A stretch of 64,000 nucleotides of DNA from Octopus vulgaris (GCA_951406725.2 OX597840.1:28396001-28460000), one strand, 5' to 3'; counted from the stretch's first letter, positions 31,305 through 47,277 are shown. Translations and numbers: made by a program. The notes: a model not told the origin generated them from the letters alone.

Positions 31305-31398
31305 TCCTTGAAGATGATATTGAATATACTCTTTACTCTCTTTTACTCTTTTACTTGTTTCAGCCATTTCACACCTTTCTCACACACACACTCTTTCT

Positions 31399-31442
<44 letters not shown>

Positions 31443-33387
31443 AATAAGGATAATATCGATATTTAAATATCGATATTATCAAGTGGCCAGCATGGGAAAA
31501 AATACCGTACAAAGGTGATAATTTTTTACAACTAAAAATAAGGGTGTCTGAGAGACACCACCATGCCGAAATAGCAGTCAATACCCTGACTTTAAAAACC
31601 ACGTTAAATGTTCATATCGTACCATGAGATTAGACAGAGGGACAAAATAGACTAGCAAAAAATATTATTGAATAATTCAAGATCCAGGATTTCTGGTTTT
31701 GCTTTAAATAAGCTTTACCGTCATCGGTTGAATATATCAAAGTACATAAATACAGATATATATATGCAGAACAAATATATATATATATACGATGGGCTTC
31801 TATCAGTTTCCGTTCATTAAATCTACTCACAAGGATTTGGTCGGCCTGGGGCTACCAGCAACAGGCTCTTTCCACAATTCCACACAGTGAGACTGAAACC
31901 GGAACGATGTCGATGGGAAGGAAACTTCTTACTACACGACCTCGGCTTGATCTCTTCTTTTTATTAACTCCTCATTTTAAATTTCCCCATCGATACTTAA
32001 TTGATAATCAATTCAACTAATCAAACGCGCACACACACACACACCCATAACAATATCAATCGTCGAATCAATCGAAATTTAATTACCAAAATTCAACAGG
32101 TCATTTGTTTCTTGCGTGCATAGATTGTAACGCGATGGTGCCAGTGATGGCGAAGGCTTTTACAAGAATGGGGTTCGGTTACAGACGATAAAAATCAATA
32201 ATGTCGAACCGGGTAACATACGATATTGCTTATCGCTGTTGTGGCTAAAATATTCTATAACACACGTACTACAGTTCCATGGAGGAAGTGCTGAAATATT
32301 ATTTTATTCTATGCACGATCGGAACAAAAATATGCTGGCCAGCTATTTTAATTTCAATGCTGTAGCTAAACACGCCATTTGTTCTGGAGTGTACGACCTA
32401 TTACTCACTCTCTCTCGAACTTCTAATGATTAATCTACCCCCTTTTTTTTGTTGAGGTAGGTATGGAATTTTTTCTCGATAATTAGCTCTTTATACTTTT
32501 AGTTTTATTTCTTTCTTTACTTAATAAAAAATTTGATTCGATTACTAAACTCTGCATTTCGAGTTCACAATGAAAATTTTGTTTATGATCTTTAAGGGTA
32601 AAATATGGTATATATGCAATAGAACTACACCACGCTATTATTATATACATTAGGCAGAATACCTACATGTTTAGCCTGTGGATAAATAGAATGTACGATG
32701 TAGCAGATTCTTAGCAAGCCCCCTCCCACACACACATATATACACATACGAAAGTATATGTCCAGATATATATGCATTTATGTGTGTGTTTATGTATATA
32801 TATGTATATGGAGAGATGGATGAGGCACAGAAAAAACTTCAGAGATTATTTTTGTGTAACTGTTTGCACGTCTGACAAGATTATAAATGTGGGTTCATGT
32901 CCTACCATTAGCATCAGAACAGTCTTACCATCCTGGGGCTTTTTTAAGCCACACTATCACACTCCTGTGACGAAAGAACTCTGGCCGAAATAAGATTAAG
33001 ATTAATGTAAAACATAAATAACACTGAAGCAAAATAACACCAAATATATAGTGCGTGTGTTTTTATTGGCTAAACTGGCAATATGACCATTCCGAAATAT
33101 AACAATATCTGTTTCAACACACGACCTCACATAAAAAATCTTGCACAACAAATATTTAAACGTATATATATATATATATATATATACATATATATATTCT
33201 TTCAATTTCCGTCTACCAAATCCACACATAAGACTTTGCTCGGGCCGATGCTATAGTAGAAAACACTTGCCCAAGATTCCACGCAGTAGGACTGACCTGG
33301 AATTATGTGGCTGGGACCAAAAATTCTTACCGAGCAGCTATGCCTACTCCTATATATACATACATACTTACATACATACATACATAC

Positions 33388-33448
<61 letters not shown>

Positions 33449-33500
33449 AACTCTACATATGAATCATATATATATAAATATGTGTGTTTGTGTATGTACG

Positions 33501-33532
<32 letters not shown>

Positions 33533-34151
33533 TGTATGTGTATGTATATATATATATATATATATATTCGTTTATTACACAGCTGTTGATTACAGTGTTA
33601 AAAGTTGTATCAATATATTCTTGTATTTCTTCAAAGTCTAATCTTGCGTTTGAAGCAATCCCACAACGGATTGCAACATTGCTAAGGTTAGAATGGAAGA
33701 ATGGAATTGCTTGTTAATTAAGGCAATATTGGGTCTGCATTTATAATATAGTGAGTACTTTCGGCAGAAATGGTTTATTTAATCCAATATCGAGATATGA
33801 AACGGGCGCACGCTGACATATATATATATACACACACACACGCGTATGCATGCATATGCATGCATACATATGTGACATATTCGAAATATATATATATACA
33901 TGTGTATATACATGTCTCTCTGTAATATATATATATATACATTTTTCAGAAATTTCTATCGGTTTGGTTCGAGACGCATAAATTATAATGGTTATTGACA
34001 ATTTTGTCTTTTTTTAGGCATATTTGGCAATAGAATTTTTCTCTTGCCCTTATTTTGTAAATTATTTGTAAGATTGACCTTTAAAGGTATTTTTTGATAT
34101 GCTGGCCATTGATAAAAAAAATTTTCCCGAAAAAAATTTATCCTACATTAG

Positions 34152-34199
<48 letters not shown>

Positions 34200-34327
34200 C
34201 AGCAATATTAGTCCTAAACTAGGACTGCCATGTTATGTTGGCAAACAATCTTTACTCCAAAGTACCGTTGCTGAATATCTCTCGCTGTGAGATTTAAAAA
34301 TAGTAATTTTCTAACTTTATACATGTT

Positions 34328-34407
<80 letters not shown>

Positions 34408-34486
34408 ATATATAGATAAGTATATACGTATTTGTATATATACAGATATATGAGCATGTATATATATATATATATATATGTGTGTG

Positions 34487-34517
<31 letters not shown>

Positions 34518-35288
34518 ACATATGTGTGTGTGTTTATATGTATGTATGCAGACGTATATGTATGTATATGTGTATGTATGAATAGAGGTGGTTGTTGTGT
34601 AATACCCAAGAAACAGTGAACCATCGAGGAATAAACAAATAAACAAATAAATACATAAATGAATAAGTGACCAACATCTTTAGAAATGTTTCATGTTAAG
34701 TAACAATAACTGAGTGTGATGTAAGACGGCTGGTATTGGTGGCGGTGGTGGTGGTGGTGGTGGTGGTAGTAGTAGTAGTAGTAGTTAATAGTAGTAGTAG
34801 TAGTAGTAGTAGTAGCAATGGTGGTTATGACGACGATTTTTGAAATGCTGGAATATAAAGATAAACCAGTAAAATAAATGCAAATTTGGGGGTTATGATG
34901 ATGCTGCAAAACGGCTCCCAACGGAGCTGTTTTAACTTTTTATATTGTTCGTTTCGTCTTTGGAAATGACAGGAAAAAATATTAAAGATATGGAGGAGTT
35001 TTGAAGAGCAAATGTAAGATTTTTATAAAGTTAAGATGTCTATGAAGGGAATTTCTTAAGTATAAATTTTGTATTTCTGAAAGAAAATAAAATCAAATAA
35101 TAAATGGTAGATAAGAAATAAGACGTAAGTTTTGATTTGTACTGACTTAAAATAAACTCGGAAATATCACTTTGAAGACTCTGAAAATCCAGGCAAGCAT
35201 AAAATGGAAGATTTGAAGCGTAAATTAAGATAATAAAGGAAAAATATTTTAAATGTTGACAGTGAAAATGTTAATATGATGTTGTAAG

Positions 35289-36047
35289 TACGAAGAGTTG
35301 CTGAAAAGTTTCTGGCTTAGGGTAAAAGAAAATACAGGATGATCAGTTAGTTATGATTTTATTGTGTACTAGCAGTATCGCCCGGCGTTGCTCGGGTTTG
35401 TAAGGGAAATAACTATATAAGCATTTTTAGAGAGTTATAGCAAAAAAATGCATTAAAAATGGAATAAAAAATGATGATAATTTTTTTTTTAAATCGTTGA
35501 CTCAGTGTCTTCAAGCCATGAAGTCGTTGTTCTAAAAGAACGCTGGTCTCCTTGACAACGCTTTACGACGTTGATTTCCTTACACTCCCTTCCCCACAGC
35601 TTCACGAGGGAGGGAAGAAGGGGGAGAAGCAACACAGGTGCAGGTGTTTGAGCGTGGACGCCAACTCCGCCGCCATCAACACACGAAAAAATATGCGTTA
35701 AAATGGAAAAAATTATGGTAAATTATTTTTAAAATCGTAGACTCATTGTAGACGCGCGATAATACCCAGACGGGCTCGATATGAATCACGACTATAAGAT
35801 ACCCGAATTTGGTTAAACTGCACCGCAAAATGTGGGAGTAGTTAGGAATCTAAATCGAAGGGGACAGACAGACACACAACTACAGCTTTATATATATAGA
35901 TGTTTCCCTCTCAGATTAACATATTTGTTGCAGCGGTCTGTTGGTTTTTCTAAGCCCTGTAAAAAGAACTTGGAAGGTTGACCCTCCAACCAGATCTTTC
36001 AAGATGCCGTTAAAGCCAGGGGCTTCTCAGTCCCCCGACCCCCCGTA
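35289..36047 (-). mobile_element. Mariner MITE (same family as 4508-4729) split by a Helitron
   Basis: 35289-35368 plus 35901-36047 align to the reverse complement of 4508-4729. Confidence 0.8.
35369..35900 (-). mobile_element. Non-autonomous Helitron
   Basis: Minus strand: A|TCtatatatataaag...cccgagcaacgccggg hairpin-cgatactgCTAG|T; AT target, no TSD. Confidence 0.85.
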
Positions 36048-36055
36048 TATGTGTT

Positions 36056-36280
36056 TACTCTTACTCTTTACTCTTTTACTTGTTTCAGTCATTTGACTGC
36101 GGCCATGCTGGAGCACCGCCTTTAATCGAGTAACTCGACCCCGGAACTTATTCTTTTGTAAGCCCAGTACTTATTCTATCGGTCTCTTTTGCCGAACCGC
36201 CAAGTAACGGGGCATAAACACACCAGCATCGGTTGTCAAGCAATGTTAGGGGGACAAACACAGACACACAAACACACACT

Positions 36281-36334
<54 letters not shown>

Positions 36335-36428
36335 TACGACGGGCTTCTTTCAGTTTCCATCTACCAAATCCACTCACAAGGTTTTGGTCGGCCCGAGGCT
36401 ATAGTAGAAGACACTTGCCCAAGGTGCG
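36056..36428 (-). mobile_element. SINE family A, head truncated
   Basis: Tail, microsatellite and core present. Confidence 0.88.
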
Positions 36429-36661
36429 TTTGTTTAAAGAATTATTTGAGACTAAAATCAAATAAAAGATAGTTTATTTAGATTTATCGAATAAATTTGT
36501 TCTTTTTTTCTTTGTTTTCATTTTCTTTTAGTTTAGGGACTTTGGCCCTCGAGCGAATGTGATGGACGATGGATCATAAAAGCATCCCGTGGCTGGGTTT
36601 ATTCTCTAGTGGTTGGGTGGATCCTCGTGGCTGAGCTCATTCAATCCACCCTCAATGAACT

Positions 36662-37265
36662 GTGGAGGCACATGGCCTAGTGGTTGGAGCAGCGGATTCG
36701 CGGTCGAGGGATCGCGGGTTCGAATCTCAGACCGGGCGGTGTGTGTGTGTGTTTATGAGCGAAACACCTAAGCTCCACGCGGCTCCGGCAGAAGGTAATG
36801 GCAAAACTTCTGCTGACTCTTTCGGCACAACTTTCTCTCACTCTTTCCTCCTGCATCTTGCAGCTCACCTGCGACGGACCGGCATCTCGTCCAGGTGGGG
36901 AACCTGTACGCCAAGGAAACCGGGAAACCGGCCCTTATGAGCCAGGGATGGCTCGATATATATATATATATATATAGTGGAGGCACATGGCCTAGACTTA
37001 CGGTCGAGGGATCACGGGTTCGAATCTCAGACCGGGCGATGTGTGTGTTTATGAGCGAAACACATAAGCACCTCCCGGCTCCGGCAGAAGGTAATGGCGA
37101 ACTTCTGTTGACTCTTTCGCCACAATTTTCTCTCACTCTTTCCTCTTGCAGCTCACCTGCGACGGACTAGCGTCCCGTCCAGGTGGGGAACCTCTACGCC
37201 AAGGAAACCGGAAAACCGGCCGTTATGAACCAGGAATGGCTCGAGAAGGAACAAACAACAACAAC
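36662..37265 (+). mobile_element. SINE family C head-to-tail dimer (V-domain-like segment)
   Basis: ggaggcacatggcctagtggt..gggttcgaatct head; cctgcgacggaccggcatctcgtccagg resembles the V-SINE domain; (AAC)n tail on the 2nd copy. Confidence 0.85.
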
Positions 37266-37267
37266 AA

Positions 37268-37652
37268 ACAATGAACTGAAGTGGTAGGCCGGAACGCAGA
37301 GAAACTGTAAAGCTGGTTTTTTCCTCTTCTTGAAAGCACGGAAACCATTTTTCTGCAGTTCTTTCTGTAACAACAATTTCTCTCTACGCAGCAAAAATAT
37401 CTCAAGCGGTTACGACAGCGTTGGAAACTTGATTGAAAGCGAAGAGAATCAGGTGACAGAAATGCTCAAATTTCTACTTTTAACTCCATCGTCGTATGTC
37501 TGGAAAAGAGGCAAAATTTATTCAAATTTCCAAATATGATAAACAAAAATTTTAGAGAGAGAATAAAGTTGCAAATAACTATAAAAATAGTTTTCGTCTA
37601 AATTCAAATAACACCGGAAAGAAACGAATGAATTTATCTGAGAACTTAATGT
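37268..37652 (-). mobile_element. Mariner transposon 5' fragment (N-terminal HTH, decayed)
   Basis: Minus-strand translation EHFCHLILFAFNQVSNAVVTA*DIFAA*REIVVTERTAEKWFPCFQE...LRSGLP matches mariner N-termini (EHFRH..FAF..ERT..KWF..RSGRP). Confidence 0.75.
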
Positions 37653-37950
37653 ATATATTTACACATTTCAACGTTCGTTTTAAGTGTTATAAATGAGAAG
37701 CGAGGTAATTCGAAACGTTAAATTTGAAGTTACTTTAAACTTTTGATAAATAACATACGGTTGTTATTACTGTAGCAACGAACTATAGGCCATTGATGTA
37801 ACGCATGTTTTTGTTATTTCTTAAATTAGGTTTTGCTTCTGTAGGTGAGTGTTTTATCCGAAATGTAGAGAATAAATAAGTTATGCAATTATACATTTTA
37901 GATAGCTAGAAAGGAAAAGTAGGCAGATAGAAAGAGAAAGAGACAATCAA

Positions 37951-38118
<168 letters not shown>

Positions 38119-38352
38119 ATTTGAAAACCCCACTAGAATGGGAGAAAGCGCTAATACATGATCTAAGTTATATGATGTATAAAAACATGTAACATGCAAA
38201 TAAATATCTGTAAATATAAAACCAGCCGAAATTCTGAGTACCTCATTTCTTCTGATATAAAGTACCTATACATATATATATGTTTTTTTTTCTCTCCTTG
38301 TTTCTCTCCTTGTTTTCTCTCCTTGTTTCTCTCCGTGTTTCTTTTCTGTGTA

Positions 38353-38390
38353 TCTTTCTGTCGAAGAGCGTAGGCTCGAAACGTAAAAGA
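38353..38390 (+). ncRNA. Minimal hammerhead-like motif, variant core
   Basis: tcttt-CTGTCGA-a-gagc(gtag)gctc-GAAAC-GTA-aaaga; 5-bp stem I, palindromic ACGT stem III. Confidence 0.5.
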
Positions 38391-38488
38391 CTTGTTTTAT
38401 TTCTATTCCTGAGCGCCATACTAATACAATTGTTTGTTTGTACTCCACCTGCCTTCGTCTTTTGTTTATTTTCATAAAGCTTCCCGTT

Positions 38489-38602
<114 letters not shown>

Positions 38603-38937
38603 TCTAACAGACGCAGATGAACTTAAATAGGTTTCCGCTAATCATGTTGTTTTTCCTCTTTTATTTTTATTTTTGGTTAGGTAAACATTCAAATCTTGTT
38701 TTGTGTGACCAAAACCCTGTTCCAGTAAGGATTCGTTCTGTGACACAAATCCGAGTGTCAGTGGGGCTTCTGGTTATTTCTTGGAGGAATGTGACCTGGT
38801 GCCGATTGCAAGTTATGAGAGCATTACGTTCTTTCAGTGGTTCCGGAACATTGCAGCTGCGTCGAGGACAAGAATATCATTGGGTGTTTTGAGCTAAATA
38901 GAGAGAAATTCTTCACAAGGGTGAGATTTCGTAGATT

Positions 38938-38993
<56 letters not shown>

Positions 38994-39122
38994 TTTCTCT
39001 CCTTCATTCATTCTTTCTTTCTTTCTTTCTTTATTTATTTATTTTGCTCTCTTTCTCTCCCGTTCTGTTTATTTGTGTTAGAAAATCTGCGTTTACGTGT
39101 ATAAATATATTTGTATATATAC

Positions 39123-39251
<129 letters not shown>

Positions 39252-39566
39252 TACATATATACATATATACATATATACATATATCTGTAAATGTAATATG
39301 TGACAATTATTCGGTAGCCAAGATAAAACTCTGAGAAAGAAAGAAAGAAAGAAAGGGTGAGAGGTAGAGAAAGAAAGAGACAGACAGAAAGAGAGAGAGA
39401 AATCTACGAAATCTCACCCTTGTGAAGAATTTCTCTCTATTTTAGCTCAAAACACCCAATGATATTCTTGTCCACATATTACATTTACAGATAAATTCCT
39501 CTATTTACATAATATCGAGGTCTCTTTCTTTAGTTATCTTACCGTTTTTATCAATATATATAAATA

Positions 39567-39763
39567 CTCTTTTACTCTTTTACTTATTTCAGTCATTTGA
39601 CTGCGGCCATGCTGGAGCACCGCCTTTAACCGAGCAACTCGACCCCGGCACTTATTCTTTTTGTAAGCCCAGTACTTATACTATCGGTCTCTTTTGCCGA
39701 ACCGTTAAGTGACGGGGACGTAAACACACCAGCATCGGTTGTCAAGCAATGCTAGGGGGACAA

Positions 39764-39797
<34 letters not shown>

Positions 39798-39972
39798 ATA
39801 TATACGACAGGCTTCTTTCAGTTTCCGTCTACCAAATCCACTCACAAGGCATTAGTCGGCCCGGGGCTATAGCAGAAGACACTTGCCCAAGATGCCACGC
39901 AGTGGGCCTGAATCCGGAACCATGTGGTTGGTAAGCAAGCTACTTACAACACTGCCACGCTACTCCTACGCC
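39567..39972 (-). mobile_element. SINE family A, full length
   Basis: Matches the reference copy. Confidence 0.9.
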
Positions 39973-39974
39973 TG

Positions 39975-40029
<55 letters not shown>

Positions 40030-40055
40030 GTACAGACACACTCACACACACACAT

Positions 40056-40086
<31 letters not shown>

Positions 40087-40108
40087 CATATATATGTATA
40101 TATACATA

Positions 40109-40154
<46 letters not shown>

Positions 40155-40438
40155 CGTGTTTATTTTTATACATTGTATATGTGTCTATACTTACAAACAT
40201 ACAAACTTGCATGTATGCATACATATATGTGTATGTGTGTTTGCTTATTTGTGTATATATGATGCATGTGTATACGCATGTTATGCATTTGTGCATGTAT
40301 ATATGTGATTGCTTTTAACGAATAGAATGAACAGAACTCAATATACAAAAGTAGGGTCCTTATATTTTATTAAAACTGAGCAGCAACAATCGTGATTCAC
40401 AGGCCAAGAACATCATGCGAAAGCCCTCAATCTGCGTG

Positions 40439-40530
<92 letters not shown>

Positions 40531-40589
40531 CGTGTGTGTGTGTGTATGAGTGTCAATGAGTGTACATGTACATATAAAATATGCGTATG

Positions 40590-40632
<43 letters not shown>

Positions 40633-40728
40633 CGGGAAGGTTTAAGAAAATAAACAAAAGTTGAAGGCAGGTGGAGTACAAACAAACAATTGTATTAGTA
40701 TGGCGCTCAGGAATAGAAATAAAACAAG

Positions 40729-40766
40729 TCTTTTACGTTTCGAGCCTACGCTCTTCAACAGAAAGA
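40729..40766 (-). ncRNA. Second copy of the 38353 hammerhead-like motif
   Basis: Minus strand tcttt-CTGTTGA-a-gagcgtaggctc-GAAAC-GTA-aaaga inside an ~130-bp repeat (40640-40785) inverted to 38335-38470. Confidence 0.5.
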
Positions 40767-40813
40767 TACACAGAAAAGAAACAAGGAGTGTAGGGGCTAA
40801 TATATATATATAC

Positions 40814-41088
<275 letters not shown>

Positions 41089-41383
41089 ATGAGGGAATAT
41101 TATTCCAAACTTACAGGGAAAAATTCAATTTAGAAATACTAAATCAAATTTCACAAAATATAATATATATATATATTTATAAATTAGAAAAAAACCCCAC
41201 CAATAATGAAAAATTAAATTACACCATTTAGAAAAATTACATATTATAAAAATATTAAATATACGATAAAAAATATAACGAAGAATAATTAATGTGCAAA
41301 ATAGTAAATAAAACGTATATATTTGGTAGACGGTGTAATTTAATTTTTCATTATTTTATTGATAAAAGGTGTTTTTTTTTCTA

Positions 41384-41467
<84 letters not shown>

Positions 41468-41526
41468 ATATGTATGTATGTATGTATATATACACACATG
41501 AAAATACATATATATATGTATGTATA

Positions 41527-41564
41527 CTGTCCGATGAACGGGAACTTGAAACTCTGAGTAACAG
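41527..41564 (+). ncRNA. Minimal hammerhead-like motif, U4C core variant
   Basis: ctgt-CCGATGA-acg(ggaa)ctt-GAAA-ctc(t)gag-TA-acag; sister copies at 60031-60063 (+, stem II acg/cgt intact) and 52793-52833 (-). Confidence 0.55.
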
Positions 41565-41858
41565 CTTGTGTGATATTTTTGCTGCTTTTTAATAAACCCT
41601 ATTACTCTACCTCTGGTATTCGAGTACTGTTTTATTCCCACTCTGTTTCGCATTTCTATGCTTATCCGGTATAGATAGAAACAAATAGGTATGTACGTGT
41701 AATAGCATAAAATGATAGACAGGCAAGCTTGTTTTCATGTCAAGTTATATACACAAACATAAAACTGATGGATTACTCAGTAGTTTTAGCGGGGTCCATG
41801 TTTATTAAACTTCCAAATATCAAGCATTCTCATGTAAACGCTTAATAAATGTGTATGC

Positions 41859-41906
<48 letters not shown>

Positions 41907-42028
41907 ATATATATACATATATATATACATACATATAAATATATATATGCACACACATATATACATATATATATATATACATATATTTATATACATACAT
42001 ATAAATATATATATATACATACATATAA

Positions 42029-42111
<83 letters not shown>

Positions 42112-42119
42112 TTAATTCT

Positions 42120-42346
42120 CATTTATTTACTTGTTTCAGTCATTTAAATGCGGCTAAGCTGGAGCACCGCCTTTTAGTCGAAGAAATCGACTCTAGGGCT
42201 TATCCTTTGGAAGCCTGGCACTTATTCTATCGGTCTGTTTTGCCGAACAGCTAGATTATGTGAACGTAAACACACCAATATCTGTCGTGATGCGATAGCG
42301 GGCGGTAGGCGGACAAACACAGACACACAAACACACAGATACATAC

Positions 42347-42391
<45 letters not shown>

Positions 42392-42422
42392 CGATGCGCT
42401 TCTTTCAGTTTCTGTCTACCAA

Positions 42423-42425
<3 letters not shown>
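42120..42425 (-). mobile_element. SINE family A, diverged and truncated
   Basis: Tail and partial core. Confidence 0.75.
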
Positions 42426-42473
<48 letters not shown>

Positions 42474-42953
42474 AATATATATATACACTTCCACATATAT
42501 ATACACACACTCTAGTTAATATATAAACACAATTACATAACATTTTTATAGATGCGTATATTTGCACGTCTGTATATATATATATATGTATGCATGTATG
42601 TATGTATGTATGTATGTATGTATGTATGTATGTATGTATGTACGTATGTACATGTAAGTGTCCGTCTCTATAGTCCAGTTTTGCGGCGTCTCTTCTCTCT
42701 GCATTTTTCTCATCAGCTATATGGCCGGACGGACATTCGGTATTATTTAGCCGACTGCTCTATATGCACAGCATCAATTACTATTGATTTTTCCCACCAA
42801 AAAACATTGCAGAAACGGTTCCATTTTTTTTTTTTTTTGCTATTTTTTTGCCTTTTTTTTTGTTGATTTTTTCGTTGTTTCATGTGACTTTTTAACTGAA
42901 ACTGGCGTAGAACTGGGATTTCCGAGGTAATGTGTGTGCGTGCGCGCGCGCGC

Positions 42954-43002
<49 letters not shown>

Positions 43003-43057
43003 GCTTGATTTTGCGTGAGTATTAGTCATTATATAGACTGCAATAAACTTATATGTT

Positions 43058-43103
<46 letters not shown>

Positions 43104-43126
43104 CACATACACATACACATATATAT

Positions 43127-43192
<66 letters not shown>

Positions 43193-43199
43193 TTTATCT

Positions 43200-43253
43200 A
43201 CCTATATGCTCATATACACCCTCGACCCCAACCTTCCTACTACTCCTCTCCCT

Positions 43254-43292
<39 letters not shown>

Positions 43293-43427
43293 CCTCTCTA
43301 TATCTAACACACACCCACTCACACACACATATAGGGAGAGAGAGTGAGAGAGATATATACAAAAGCATACACACACATACACACACATTTCTCTCTTCCT
43401 TTCTCGCTCTTTTCTTCTCACTGTCCT

Positions 43428-43481
<54 letters not shown>

Positions 43482-44100
43482 CCCCTCTCTCTCTGCCTCC
43501 GTCTCTTCATACACACATTTGCAAACTTTTGCTCTAACATTTACTCTCTACTCGTCTCTCTGTCTCTCTCTTCCTCTAGCTGTGTCTCTCTACTTCTCTT
43601 TCACCCTCTCTCTCTGCCTCTTCCTCTATTCCTGCCTCTCTTCATCTCTGTCCTTCTCTACTTCTCTTTCTTCCTCTCTCTGTTTCTCTCTCCCCATCTA
43701 CCTTTCTCTGTATCACTCTCTCTCTAAGCCCTCTTTCCTCCCCTTCTCTCTTTCTCTGTCTCTATCTCTATCTCCTCTCTCCTACCCTTCTCTCTTTCTC
43801 TGTTTCTCTCCGTCTGTCTCTCTCTATCTCCTCTCTCTCTACTTCCAACACACACACAAACTTTTTCTCCCACCTTTACTCTCTCTTTCTCTACCTCCAC
43901 TTCTCCCTTTATTTTGCTCCCACACCCTGTCTCCTCTCTCTCCTTTCTCTTTCTCTCCCTCTCTCTGTACACACACGCAAACTTTTCCTCACACCTTTAC
44001 TCTCTCTGTTCCTCCATCTCTCCCTCTATTTCTCTCCCCTTTCTCTCCCTCCCTCTCTCTTTCTCTTTCTTTCTCTCTCTCTCTCTCTCTCTATACACAC
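43200..44100. repeat. ~900-bp degenerate (CT)n polypyrimidine tract
   Basis: Direct reading. Confidence 0.9.
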
Positions 44101-44256
44101 ACACATACCTACACGCAGTCATACCTACACAAACAAGTTTACATTTGGCTCCCTATGAAAAGACGCATTATAATACAACGATTACACAGAAATAAAATAA
44201 AAACAACAAAAAACAAAGAAAAACGACTGAATCTATGTCAGCTGCGCCAAACCACA

Positions 44257-44925
<669 letters not shown>

Positions 44926-45269
44926 GCTTTTTATTCACGCTATATTCCACATTTCTGTAATATTCCCCATTAGCTGCGGGTTGTTTTTCAACAAATATCG
45001 CTGGAAAACACAAACTTTCTCAAAACCAGATTACGATTTTTGGTTTTAAAGAATGATTGATGGTAAAAATAATAATGATGATGATGATGCTGCTGCTGAT
45101 GATGATGATGATGAAGGAAAATTTAACAGTAAAATTGGGTGCTAGCGCACTTGGTTTTTATGGTAGGCTCTGAAATTACGATTACTTTTATTCAGGACTT
45201 CGCGAATGCTGTTTCTTAACCCCTAAATTATACGTGGACTCCAGAATAGAAGTAGTAATAACATGGAGC

Positions 45270-45825
<556 letters not shown>

Positions 45826-46129
45826 ATATATAAATATATATATATATATATTTATATATATATTTATATATAAATAGAACAAAAACGCAATAGAGGATTT
45901 TAAGACATTCGGACAGATAGACAATACGAAGGCGGACAAGAGAAACAATAATTAGAAGGACAGGCAAAAAAAATGATGGGTTATTCCTGGCTTTCTTTCC
46001 TCAGTCAAGTTCCAGAAGTCACGACCATCTCGGGCAATATATATATGTGTGAGAGAGCGTCCGTGTGTGTGTGTGTATATATATATACACGTATGTTTGT
46101 ATACATATATGTATATAAATATAAGGCAA

Positions 46130-46356
46130 ATGAAAGACGGAAGATGGAATATACGAGAATTTATTATTAATCACGACAATTGTTTCGACACATCTAGCAG
46201 CGATCTTTCACGAGTGGGACACTAAACAACTGGTTCAGGAGCATCCGGTGGTGCAGATGTGTCTCGTCGGGTGATAAATAGATACAAATGTTATCTTAAC
46301 GAGTTGTGTCTATTTATCACCCGTTGCGATCCATCTGCATCGCCGGATGCTCCTGA
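46130..46356. mobile_element. pLTR-like repeat with a 53-bp-arm fold-back; second copy at 63640-63812
   Basis: Arms at 46235-46287 and 46304-46356; 63640-63812 aligns in reverse to 46130-46290. Confidence 0.6.
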
Positions 46357-46535
46357 TTTGCTAAGCGGTATTTCATCCATCTCTACGTTCTCAGTTCAAA
46401 TTTCGCCAAGGTCGACTTTACCTTTCGACCCTTTCGGGAATCGATAAAATAAGTACCAGCCGAGTACTCGGGTCGATGTAACCGACTCAGCCATCACCAT
46501 ACATGAAATTACTGGTCTTGTGCCAAAATTTGAAG
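46357..46535 (+). mobile_element. SINE family B, diverged
   Basis: ctacgttctcagttcaaatttcgccaaggtcgactttacc...ataagtaccag. Confidence 0.75.
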
Positions 46536-46909
46536 TCACTATTTATAGCATTATTTGCTTCGAGTTTCACCTTTCTAAAGAATTGGATAATGTAAATAAC
46601 AATCAGACAACCTCAAAGAATCCGCTAATGTAAACGAAACAAGGGCAGAGCTTTAAACTCGTGGGCCACAGGGAAATGTTTTGAAGTGGGGACCTGACTT
46701 TCGTTATATAGTCGAATGTTGTTGCACAAAGGATAATTAAGACGATGACTGCTTTTTATGGAGGAACGAATATAAGTAATTGTCTATTTGGCTGTTATTT
46801 CGTTTATGTTTTTTTACGATTTTTGCTGAACGATTTTCTTGGAAACTTTAAAGAACATTCCAGAAGAAATTTTATCATTTGAAGCATGTTATTAGATCTT
46901 TACGATTTA

Positions 46910-46999
<90 letters not shown>

Positions 47000-47119
47000 T
47001 GCTTGTGGGGATGGAGAGGGTTGAGAGGAAGATGTATACACACGCACGGATGCAATAGTTTCAGGAGATAAATAGATGTGTGTGTGTGTGTATGCATATA
47101 GACATATGTATGTATATGT

Positions 47120-47198
<79 letters not shown>

Positions 47199-47205
47199 AT
47201 ATGTA

Positions 47206-47277
<72 letters not shown>

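Noticed and set aside
42717-42926. Possible internal exon (tctcatcag acceptor, gag|gtaatg donor)
   Set aside because: The interval contains long poly-T runs and no recognisable peptide
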